A stretch of 64,000 nt of DNA from Sporopachydermia quercuum. Lineage: Eukaryota. Made by a program: the position numbers and the translations under genes. Under the pieces are notes generated by a model. The model saw nothing but the letters and a program-made list of their open reading frames with translations. It was not told the origin of the DNA and did no database searches. The DNA lies in assembly GCA_001599295.1 (NCBI GenBank), contig BCGN01000008.1, positions 620,001-684,000 of the forward strand, written 5' to 3'. This document shows positions 36,988 to 47,140 of the stretch, piece after piece (position 1 is the stretch's first letter; the number at the start of each line of letters is the position of its first letter).

Positions 36988-38037
36988 AATGAAGATATAG
37001 AATCAATTGAGAAAAAGTACGCTGAAATACCGATAATCAGCGGCCAATTTTCACAAGTTCCTCTCAATTTTCCACTTTTCTAGGTTATATTCTTGAAAGG
37101 TTACTGAAGTCAATTAATTAGAAGTTTCGTAGAGGAAGGTTTTGACTTGATGTTATTGTTTTGATCGTTGTTCATGTAGTAGGAAGGCTGGAATAAGAGG
37201 GATAATGTATCGCTATGTGTGAGTATGTAACATAAGAATGTATGCATGAGTTGTGCATGGATGTTCGCTCAAGAAAGAGTACAGATGGTTGGTTAGTAAT
37301 AGAACTAACAAAAATCTTTACAATAAATGGATATTATGATACCAATTGTTCATTAATATATTATTGTGCATTATATTCCAGATTTTTTAGAAGCATGCTC
37401 TATCTATATGCCACGGGTTTATCGTGTAAAATTGCTGGAGAAACTAAGGCTGAGTTCTATGTAAGAATATGTATTCTATATGCATTATGTAATAGTTTAA
37501 AGTTAACAAAAATTATTAGTATAACAACAGCTCCTAAGCGGAAAAGCCGTAAAGGCAAAATAGACGATAACTATATCTAAATACATTTACGACGTATTTA
37601 TATGGGAGGCTATATCTTTCTTTAAAACTGGGGAAATATCTATTCAATGAATATAAATAGGTTTTTATTTTACCATCTTCAAGTACGATTTCTAGCAATG
37701 AGCATCTAGATTCTATGTAGGAAATCACTTACTTTACTCCCTTATCACACTTTATTTCACGTCTCACTTCGCTTTTTCTTCTTTTGTATTCGTGTCCTAT
37801 AACCCATGCTTTCTTTTGGTCACCCAAACACCTAATTTCATTCATCTTTCACACAAAAGTTTCACGAAAGTAAAACCACTCAGTTACAGATGAAAATCAA
37901 AACCAACAGGATAGCGTACTGAACATTATATAATATATGTCGTATTGACTATTCATGCTACCTGCCAGTGCTTCAATCTGTTGTAAGATTGTAGTATTTT
38001 ATCACAACCAGAACTGCAAACCAACATTCTTGCAGTA

Positions 38038-38967
38038 ATGAATCCTGGAGCAGTTTTAGGGTCCTCTGGCCTATTTGGCCGAGCTCTCATACGAATGAGG
38101 CCTATGAATAGGTCACATATGATTCCAATGAACAGTTATACTAGAAACTTTCATTCTGCTAGGATACTTTGCGAAAAACGTACAGGTTCTATTTTGGGTG
38201 ACGTGACTGAAGATTTCAAGGACGACGGAGAAAGAAGTGAGTCATCAATATCTAAACGATTAGAACAATCAGCGACAGCTTCATCGTTAGAAGAGGCGAA
38301 AGCCAATATCACAGTTGAAAACGATGAAAAGTTGAAAGAATTCTTGAAAAGAGAACCTGAAACAGTAGCTGAGCACTATCTTTCACCCTTGAAGTATGCC
38401 TTGTATCAAAAAGTGTTAGACAAGAATAATGGGAAGTATGTCAATAATCAAAAGGTGAAGCATGAAGGTAAAACTTATTCACTAAAACTCTCTAAAGAAG
38501 AGATCGAGCTATTAGAACCATCTGTATTTTGCAGATCATATCGAATCAAAAGTTCTCCAAAGAAAGCTCTTTTAGTTTTGAGACTAATCTCTGGAATGAA
38601 TGTAAAGAAGGCTATCACCCAATGTCAATTCAATAGGAAATTGATCGCAAAGGATGTTGCAGAAATGCTCCAAAGAGGATTGGAAGACGCCAAAGATTTA
38701 AACATTAAAAACCCAGATGATTTATATATTGCACAAATTTGGGTTGGTAAAGATGGTCATAACTATAAGCGGCCTGATATCAAAGGTCGTGGTAGAATGG
38801 GTATTATTCAACATAGACACGTTCATGTAAGAGCTATTCTAAAAACACAAATGACGAAGGATAGAATTGCTGATCATAAAGCCAATTTGTTAGCAAAAAG
38901 GAAACCTAAATTACAGCTACCATCAGAGAAAGTCAGGCATGCACCCAAGGGTGTTTACATGTGGTGA
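38038..38967 (+). CDS. MRPL22: Mitochondrial ribosomal protein uL22m
   Basis: Arg-rich presequence; LEPS...S..IKSSPKKA, AITQCQF and IKGRGRMGII motifs. Confidence 0.93.
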   Translation: MNPGAVLGSSGLFGRALIRMRPMNRSHMIPMNSYTRNFHSARILCEKRTGSILGDVTEDFKDDGERSESSISKRLEQSATASSLEEAKANITVENDEKLKEFLKREPETVAEHYLSPLKYALYQKVLDKNNGKYVNNQKVKHEGKTYSLKLSKEEIELLEPSVFCRSYRIKSSPKKALLVLRLISGMNVKKAITQCQFNRKLIAKDVAEMLQRGLEDAKDLNIKNPDDLYIAQIWVGKDGHNYKRPDIKGRGRMGIIQHRHVHVRAILKTQMTKDRIADHKANLLAKRKPKLQLPSEKVRHAPKGVYMW

Positions 38968-39419
38968 AAGATGATAATTGATGAGATTACTGGTGGTACA
39001 CTTCAACCTATCTAAAATAACATGTCTATAGAACATAGTCTTAACGCTACTTGTAAATAAACATAATACGACGTTAATGATTCTTGATATTTAAACTGTT
39101 TCTCCCTGTAAATAGGGCAGATTTTGAAAGTTTTTCTATTATGGTACTTATTAGGCGAATGTATGATTGATGTCTACTGGTCATATCATGTATGACATCT
39201 TGTATAAGAATGTTTGTCCACTTGTTGTAATGACTATAACACAAAATGCATAATAAAACCTATAATAAAACTTGATTCAAGTAGTACTTCAAACATCAGG
39301 TTCTATCCATGTTTTCCTTGTTCTATGTTGAATCTTTCTTGATATGCAAAATAACGAAATATATCTTCATATCTAACCCCAATAATCTTTTTTTCATTGT
39401 TATGATAATGCTACTCTGT

Positions 39420-39849
39420 TTATTCGTCGTCATATCCTGTCAACTGTTCTCTGGGGCGATTTGGTACTATCATCATGTTAGTTACTTTCCATTATTATTA
39501 TCAAATATAAACAATCTACCGGAAGAGCAAATTTTCGTTAATCAAAGACATACGAGGATAACTTGAAGGTAAAGGAACATGATCTTCAAACAGAAACTTC
39601 CTTCGTAAATCTGGTGCAAAAAATAATAGAATTGGTCCAGTGATTCCAATCATTGAAGCATAGAAAAGATGGGGTCTTGTATAGGCATGATATCTAGCCC
39701 ACTGTGAAATGTTAGTTGTTTGTTGTAACGTGATTCTGTTGTATAAACTGTGAATCTTGCTGTTGATTCTCCTCCAGCTACTATTCCTAAATGTCGTTTC
39801 AACTTACACGAATGGGATTTCTGTAATAAATAGGGTATTCTCCAGTCAT
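39420..39849 (-). CDS. NADH:ubiquinone oxidoreductase 9.5-kDa accessory subunit (NI9M/NDUFA3-like), complement(join(39420..39466,39554..39701,39808..39849)), 78 aa
   Basis: Not in the ORF track. Introns 39702..39807 (GTAAGT/ACTAAC/CAG) and 39467..39553 (GTATGT/ACTAAC/TAG) give MTGEYPIYYRNPIRWARYHAYTRPHLFYASMIGITGPILLFFAPDLRRKFLFEDHVPLPSSYPLPNRPREQLTGYDDE. The single TM and the YP.P..PR..LTGYDD tail are typical of the family. Confidence 0.9.
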
Positions 39850-40672
39850 CACTGAATATCTAATAATACTAATATTTGTTAGTTTATAATGTTCATTTAC
39901 CTATCTTCAACAATCCTTTCTCTCTACTCGTACAAGTTTGTGAACTATGTAGAATACACGCTGTGAAATCTACCTGAGGAGTAAAAGATATCAACCATAC
40001 AGTAGTGCAATTTCTCAGTATTCACTTACAATATACTACTTAATCCTGAGAGATAAAAACCTATCAACTTTAGACACTACTCTTTGTTCCTAAAAATGCA
40101 TTTGCGTTGTTAGCTTGTAAGTGCTTTTGTATAGAGAGACATTACAAGTTTGAATTAATTTGATTGGTTTATAGGTGAATAAGACATCACGTCTCACTGT
40201 ATTTGAGGATCTCAAGTAAAGGTCTATCGATTGAGGGTCTGTCAAAAGAAGGTTGGGGTAATATTAAAGGGTCTGAGATTGATGAACATGTATGAAAAGA
40301 AGGTAATACGATAATCAAGAAAGCGAATGAGGTCAATTTAGGTATGTATTGTTTAGTTGGGTAAAGCATGGCCGTAAAGAAATTTTTCGGCTGGTTGTTA
40401 TTAGATCTAGTGTTCTATTTAGTATCTCACGCCAAACGATGGTTGTGCCTAGGTTGTCGCCTTTCACCATCAAAGGCTTCGTCCAAGAATGTCAACCAAG
40501 CCATGAATAGTTAATATATTAGTTTATTATTAATAGTACAAACCGTTTTTACAAAATTGATCTAAATAGAGACATAAGCTGATTCACCTTTCTTTTCCCA
40601 TTATGAGCTCAAATGTTTCGCACGATACCGAAGTTCTAATCTTCTCTCACAAGTAACAGGACAATCGAATCA

Positions 40673-41374
40673 TTATTTGGTTTTCCTGGTTTCTGATTTT
40701 TTTTCTGATTCCTTCTTGGAAGTCTTTTTGGCATTTTCTTCTTCAATAATCTTCTGTAATTTAATAGCGTTGCTAGCATCTACAGATTCAGCATAGAGTT
40801 GGCCAGCTTGAAGTAACAAAACGCCAAGAAGCAAGAAACAGATAATGATCTCGGTAGCTGCCATAATGTTTACACCGACATTTTTGGTGACTTCACCCCA
40901 ATCCCCTGAGACTGAGCTTCCCAATCCTTTACGTAGGTTGACTAAATAAAAAATCAAAGCAGCAGTGTATAAAAATATACTACCACCATCAAATAACTTA
41001 TTAGACTCAACGGGCCTATACATCTTAATGAGAAGTCCAAGTAAGCCAACACCAATTATAAAATGATGCACATGGAACAAAAATTTGGGCATCTGAGCCC
41101 AAACTCGATAATGTGCAATTGATCTATCATAAACCTCTTCTGATGCTCCACTGACCCATAATGTATTATAGTCATATGGCCAGTTACCAAATAAAACTCC
41201 AAGTGAAAAGCAGGTAGCTATCAAATTCCGTCATCCTGTTAGTAGTGATCTCTTTGTCATTAACGCTCCATTTGACAAGTATTAAATACATCCACTCTAC
41301 TGCTAAACTTTCCAAATCTTTGACATACCTCCAACTGTTAAAATCGTGCCAAATCGTTTGATGGATGTCGACAT
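40673..41374 (-). CDS. SHR3: Shr3 ER packaging chaperone for amino-acid permeases, complement(join(40673..41217,41329..41374)), 196 aa
   Basis: NWPYDYNTLW and K.YRP.ESNKLFDGGS motifs, four TM segments and a lysine-rich tail. Intron 41218..41328 (GTATGT/TACTAAC/TAG) adds MSTSIKRFGTILTVG. Confidence 0.92.
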
Positions 41375-42346
41375 CGTTGCTTTGTATATGAGACCAGAAC
41401 AAGTACTGAAATTTATCGCACTTCCAGTTTCCGCTTTTATTATAAGCAAAACCTAAGCTCTTGTGATTAGAAAAATAATTCTTTTTCTTAAAAATTATAA
41501 TTCAATGGGTATACCTTCTGAAATGAACGAATTTGAGTAGTTCAGAACAGACGAACGACTAACTATTGATCAGAAGATGTTTGAAGAAAGAAAAGAAAAG
41601 AAAAGAAAAGTTATCGAAGGCATGCATGAAGATGCATAGAGAACTTATTTGGTGTGGATATAGGAAGAGCTCCATAGTGTAATATATCAATGAAAAGAAG
41701 AAAAAGGAATGTGAAAGAATTTACAGAACAAATAAGAGAATAGAAAAAATTATAATATATAAATTCGGTATTTTGTTATTGAAACACTTAGTGATATATG
41801 GAAATTGTCTATTGCTTTACATCTTATAGCTATGTAGTACCGCACTTAACCAGTCACATTATCAATACATTAAATAAAATCCGGGGTCTCACAGCTGTAA
41901 GGAAAGAGGATTCTAAATAGATCCGTTTATTAGTTGGTTAGTACTATGGGAATACACTATTGAAAAATGTAACTATAAGAGCAATATTTAACTAATTAAT
42001 TGGGTTTTATTTATTACATTCACCATTAAACTGAAGATATTTTAAGGCCTTAATACAACTTCCATCTTATCAATCCTATGCTTTCTATTTCAGAGTCTTA
42101 TCTTTTATGTAAGGCATCAAATCGATAGCCAAAAGGGCATTTAAAGTTTTAAGTTCTCATCAAATTGCCCATCGTTTTGCCATTATCTGACGTATTTGAG
42201 AATATAAATTGACTTTCTCTTTGTTATGCTGATTATCATATTAATTTTGGATACTCTTTCATTAATATGGATGGTACATCATATCATATCATAGCGTATC
42301 ATATGCTAATTGAAATTTTTTGTTTTCATACTATGTGAGAAAGAAA

Positions 42347-44053
42347 TCATGTTGAGGTCCAATTAGATAATCCAACTGAAGAATGAACTTTTTGCCGATG
42401 GGTTTTTTCTTCAATTTTGACGACACCTTGTAACGTTTGACCGAAGAAGAGCTCTGGCTCAATAATTGTAGTTCTAGCTATAATCTGTGGAATCACTCTA
42501 CCCAAATCAAGTGTATCCATCCCATAATTATTACTGTTCACATCCTCGCCTGGTTCAGATGGAAACTCATTAATATCAGCTGAAACTGCTGTTTCATCAT
42601 CAGAGTCTGAGTTGGATTTCAAGTTTGTAGATTTATTGATGACTTTGCTAGGTTTCAATTCAGCGACATCTTCAATCAGGTTTAGTTTGGCTCTTACAAA
42701 TGCCGAGTCATCGTTAAAAGTATAAGTACTATTACAAGTTGTGCAAGAATATGACTCCATTCCAGATTCGCTATCGGCAAAGTATTTTGTACTTGAATTG
42801 GAGGGACTCCCAGTATCTACTGTTGAGTTATAATTTATTTTCACAGTATTATCAAGAAGTGTATCTAATCCCGTGCCCGATTTGCGATGATTTACTGATG
42901 ACAAGTCAAAACCTTCATCTGGGTTAGCCGTAATGTTTAGAAGCTTAAGCTTCTTGAATATTCTTCTGAAATAATGAAAGTTATGTCTCAATTGTAAAGG
43001 TCTCAAACTAGAATCACTTTCTTCAGACTTTATTTTTGGTTTTGGTTTCTCTACCGAATGATTGAGATTCTCAATCTGTTTTCTCCGTTTAAGAATTTGT
43101 CTATTATTTTGAAAAGAATTCTGCGACCTTTTGCAATTGCTGTGAACTTTTCCTAGGATCTCATTTCTATTCTTCCTGAGTCTTTTGATGAGTGAGTTGC
43201 CTCGCGAGTTTGAATTTGCAAGATGAGGATCCAACTCCTTTCCTTCTCCACTGTCAGAGGATTTATGTTTAATCTTTGAACTAGTATTTTGCACCAATTG
43301 ATTGTTATCAATCGATTCTACATCTACATCTTCGAGCTCTTCTTGTTTTTCCACAAATTCAAATTCTAGTAGGCCCTCTCGACTCATTTCTTCAAGCCAT
43401 GATTGAAGATGGAGTAGTTGCTCTTCATTATCTATTTGAATTCTTATGCTACGTCGTAGCGAAGGATTAGATTTAGTTTCTTCCTCGGAAAATGGAATTA
43501 ATGAGATATTTATGACCATTTCCTTATCCTGAACATTTGACCGTTCATTAAGAGAAGTCAATGGCTCATCGTCTATCGTATCTGTGGAATACAATGATGA
43601 ACATGATTCCTCTTGGTCAATTCCTTCGATTTCATTGTGAGGTGCTATTACTAATTTTTGGAACCGATCGTCACTTTTCAATATCGTATAATTGTTATTA
43701 GGGGAGTCGTGTGTTCTTGTATTTGTACTATTTTTGAAAACAGTGGGATTATTTATCTCTTGTTCTCGGACCTGTTCATGAATCTTGATATAAGACAAAT
43801 TAAGCAGCAAAGATTCTGCCTTATCTCTACCGTCTCTATATCCATCTACAACGACATCCCCTTCATCTTCCTCTTCAGAATTATTTACATCTGAATAAAC
43901 AATTGTTTTGTTGCTTACTGGATATCCATATCTTTTACTCCAAATATCTGTATTTGGGTGTATTTGATTATTGTGGAGTTGAGTTATTGCTTCGTCAATA
44001 GTCATAGGTAGATGTGTGGGACCATCATATAAGCCGTATGTAGTAGCAAACAT
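42347..44053 (-). CDS. Hypothetical hydrophilic Ser/Asn/Glu-rich protein, 568 aa
   Basis: 1.7-kb uninterrupted ORF in AT-rich DNA; no recognisable domain. Confidence 0.7.
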   Translation of the reverse strand: MFATTYGLYDGPTHLPMTIDEAITQLHNNQIHPNTDIWSKRYGYPVSNKTIVYSDVNNSEEEDEGDVVVDGYRDGRDKAESLLLNLSYIKIHEQVREQEINNPTVFKNSTNTRTHDSPNNNYTILKSDDRFQKLVIAPHNEIEGIDQEESCSSLYSTDTIDDEPLTSLNERSNVQDKEMVINISLIPFSEEETKSNPSLRRSIRIQIDNEEQLLHLQSWLEEMSREGLLEFEFVEKQEELEDVDVESIDNNQLVQNTSSKIKHKSSDSGEGKELDPHLANSNSRGNSLIKRLRKNRNEILGKVHSNCKRSQNSFQNNRQILKRRKQIENLNHSVEKPKPKIKSEESDSSLRPLQLRHNFHYFRRIFKKLKLLNITANPDEGFDLSSVNHRKSGTGLDTLLDNTVKINYNSTVDTGSPSNSSTKYFADSESGMESYSCTTCNSTYTFNDDSAFVRAKLNLIEDVAELKPSKVINKSTNLKSNSDSDDETAVSADINEFPSEPGEDVNSNNYGMDTLDLGRVIPQIIARTTIIEPELFFGQTLQGVVKIEEKTHRQKVHSSVGLSNWTST

Positions 44054-44404
44054 ATTGGCAAGGTTTTAGCAATACGCTTGATTCATATCATTTTACACTG
44101 TAGTTACATGAAAAATATGATTAAATTACTGTTTGTTGATAACTATTTAAAGGAATATAAACCCGCTATTATTATATACGCTAGGTAAAAGCATCTCTTC
44201 TTAGTGGTGATTTAATGGTTTTGTGATTAGTGCGGAACACGCATAGACTTTCACATGCTCATAGATTTTGAGGTTAATTATTATCAGAAATGGGGTGTAA
44301 AATAACCTTGAAATAATTTTGGACATTTCTACAATCTAAAGTGATCTAATGCTTTACTATCAATGTTTGAATTTTTTATTACTGTTTCATAATCAATGAA
44401 AAAT

Positions 44405-45154
44405 TTAAGCTTGAACTGGTTGAGCTTCAGCTTCTTGTTCAGCAGGAGCAGCTCGAACAGGACGAGCGGGAGTGTAGTCAATGACAGTAGGTTCGAAAAT
44501 AGGAGCATCTTCCTTAGGTTCCAAAACTTGGACGTAATCGGGAAGAGCAGTAGGACCATTCTTGTTGGTAGCAGGATCTCTCATAATCTTAACCTTGATA
44601 CCTAAAACACCTTGTCTCAATAAAACGTGTCTAGTAGCAGTATCAATGAAATCACGGACGGGTTGACCGGAGTGAATCATGAAACCGTCAGAGAACTTCA
44701 TGGACTTGGCTCTAGCAGCTCTTAGCTTACCAGAGATGACAACTTGGACACCCTTGGCACCGTTACCCATAACAAATCTGATAACACCATAGGCAGCTCT
44801 TCTGATGGCCAAACCGTTGAGCAGCTTATATCTCAAAGATTCACATTGAGTGACGGCTGATAAACCTCTTTCTTGAACACGTTCAGCGAAAAGAGTGATT
44901 GTACCAGGCTTGAAGTTGAATCTCTTTTGGATCAAAGAGGTCAATTCGGAGATTCTTCTACCATTTTCACCCAAAATGGCTTGAGTGTTGGAAGCTCTGA
45001 TGATGATTTCGGTCTTGGTAGGGGTGATTCTGACCTCAATACCAGCGTATCCTTCTTCAGCTAACTCACGGGTGAAGAATTCGTTGACTTCAGCGTAGAA
45101 AACACCGTCAGCAACGAGCTTTCTCTTCTTAGAAATGTAGGCGTTAGAAGACAT
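44405..45154 (-). CDS. RPS3: 40S ribosomal protein uS3
   Basis: [29 protein letters not shown] and [17 protein letters not shown] motifs; strongly biased codon usage. Confidence 0.99.
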   Translation of the reverse strand: MSSNAYISKKRKLVADGVFYAEVNEFFTRELAEEGYAGIEVRITPTKTEIIIRASNTQAILGENGRRISELTSLIQKRFNFKPGTITLFAERVQERGLSAVTQCESLRYKLLNGLAIRRAAYGVIRFVMGNGAKGVQVVISGKLRAARAKSMKFSDGFMIHSGQPVRDFIDTATRHVLLRQGVLGIKVKIMRDPATNKNGPTALPDYVQVLEPKEDAPIFEPTVIDYTPARPVRAAPAEQEAEAQPVQA

Positions 45155-45367
45155 TTTGAATATGAGCTGATTCTATAGTTACTGATACTAATTTGACCGA
45201 TTTCTGTACTATCAAAAATTCAATACGTCGCAAGACTATTCTTCTCCTGTGTGTGTAGTGAAGTAGACATCAAGTAATATCTGATGGAACATTCGAACTT
45301 ACTGTAGTGTGAATCCTTACCGTCAATCATTGCGTCCGAATTTGGATTCACTTCGTGCGTCTTTTAT

Positions 45368-45445
45368 AATTTTTCACTGTGAAGAAAACAAAATTGTGTG
45401 ACTTTTATTTCCCAATCATTTCATAACCCCCGTTTTTACACGTGA
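45368..45445 (-). promoter_or_regulatory. Candidate RPS3 promoter elements: RRPE-like (45368-45376), Homol-D-like TGTGACT (45397-45403), Cbf1-type CACGTGA (45439-45445)
   Basis: Three motif matches clustered 210-290 bp upstream of the ATG of a ribosomal protein gene. Confidence 0.45.
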
Positions 45446-45672
45446 TCTTTTCATGAGTCTTCCATAGTGGTAGATATTCCTCAACATTGAAACAAGTAAT
45501 TATCACAACATTATTTGATTTTTGATCTCTTGGAACCTTAAATAAACAAAGTGATTTATATATACTTATATAAATCCTCATTTAATTGATTATTTGCTTC
45601 TTTCTACTCATTACTTATTTATAAATATACATTTTCCAATATTTATAGGACCCTACCTTTCTTTATCTGTAG

Positions 45673-46330
45673 CGTCATCGCCCATTAGCTATATCTCAAA
45701 TCATTGGTTTTATTGCAGTCCGCCAAATTGGCAGCAACATTACTCAACTGACTGTCAGCGCTGGTCAAAAAGCAGTGTTTAGCAATAGCAGAAGCTCTGA
45801 TTCTCTAACTGACCTTGTTCAGAATTTAGGCGGTGTACCTGCAGCATCAGACGAGACTGCAGGGAATATTGCTCAAAACGGTGATATTCAAGCGGTAGTG
45901 GTTTCGTTCATTTGAAGGTTATTCCATCTTTACTTCGTTCACTGGGAGGATTAAAATTTAAACTAATTCTCGATACAAACACCTACTATTCTTACTTCAC
46001 ATTTGAAAGTCTGGCCACCAGCAACCCACAAAACCAAACCATACTTCCAATAGCTGGAGATGATATTTATGCAAAACATTTTGGTTGTGAGTTCATTCAT
46101 ACCATCAGATTCAAGAACATTGATGTAGGAACTTTGAGCGATAGTTGAAGACTCTATCCCCATACTCCCATCTCTTGTGCTCCTTACATACCAAAAATCA
46201 CTTCAGGACTCGACGAGAAACAAGCATTGGGGTACTTTGAAATCATTCTACTCCTCTTCTTACTATACAGCAAGCTCAAGTCATTGTCAATGCAACTACC
46301 AAGATACTCCCGTTTGTATGATTGTAGGCA
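45673..46330 (+). pseudogene. Possible decayed gene for a secreted glycoprotein-like product
   Basis: Less AT-rich than its flanks. Consecutive stop-free frames of about 80 codons are linked by an apparent frameshift near 45890 and a TGA at 46146-46148. No ATG start and no family recognised. Confidence 0.25.
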
Positions 46331-46894
46331 TATTGTAATACGTAGGAGGCGTTTTTTTTTCCTTAATAATTCAAAGTTTATTAAGTAATTATGTATACAA
46401 AATATTACATAATGCCTTAGTTTTTCTATTAGTCTTTTAGCTATAGTCGCTTTACAGTACTCTCTCCTACTTAAATACTTTCTTCTTTGTGCTATTACGA
46501 TCTATATTGTCCCACAGATCTTCCTCTAGTCACAGACACTACTTTCATGTTATTATCTTCTTTCTTTCCTGTCATGTAATAGCAATTATATCTTCAATTG
46601 CATTCGAGTATCTTTATTCTATCGTTTATACTTTATAACCTTTCATGCATTGAGTCGCTCAGCTCAATAGATTCTGCACCCTCAAAAGTATCAATTTATT
46701 GATATCACTAAGCATACAATACATTTACATTACATCACGGAGTGTACGAAACAAAAATTTTAAATTTAAGTATTAAAGTATATCTAAACAAAATCCCATA
46801 CCGTAAAACGTAACCCATTTGAAATAAAAATCCAATTGAATTCGTTCCTTTTTAAGGGAAAACGAATCGCTGTATTCTAGTATTGACATAATGA

Positions 46895-47140
46895 TTATAA
46901 TCCCAAAACAGCAGCACCAATAACAGCAGCAGCACCGGCAACAGCGAAAGATCCACCGTTAACAACGGCAGCACCAGTAGCGGTAGGAACAACAGGAACA
47001 GAGCTGTTTGCCTTGGTGTAAGGGCAGTCAGTGACGGTGGTATCACATTCGTAGTCAGTAACGACAACGGTGGAGTTGGCAGCAGCGAAAGCTGGGACAG
47101 CGGCAGCAGCAGCGAGAATGGCGACAGTAGCGAATTGCAT
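46895..47140 (-). CDS. Very small GPI-anchored cell-wall protein (Ccw12/ccg-6-like), 81 aa
   Basis: MQFATVAILAAAA signal peptide, T/V-rich core with TDCP, TGAA omega region and hydrophobic tail. Codon bias resembles RPS3. Confidence 0.85.
   Translation of the reverse strand: MQFATVAILAAAAAVPAFAAANSTVVVTDYECDTTVTDCPYTKANSSVPVVPTATGAAVVNGGSFAVAGAAAVIGAAVLGL

Noticed and set aside
39309..39566. 85-aa hydrophobic plus-strand ORF
   Set aside because: Overlaps, antisense, the last exon and intron of the complex I subunit gene; AT-rich artefact.
41236..41244. AG directly after TACTAAC as an alternative SHR3 acceptor
   Set aside because: Using it gives an immediate in-frame TGA; the TAG at 41218 restores the conserved frame.
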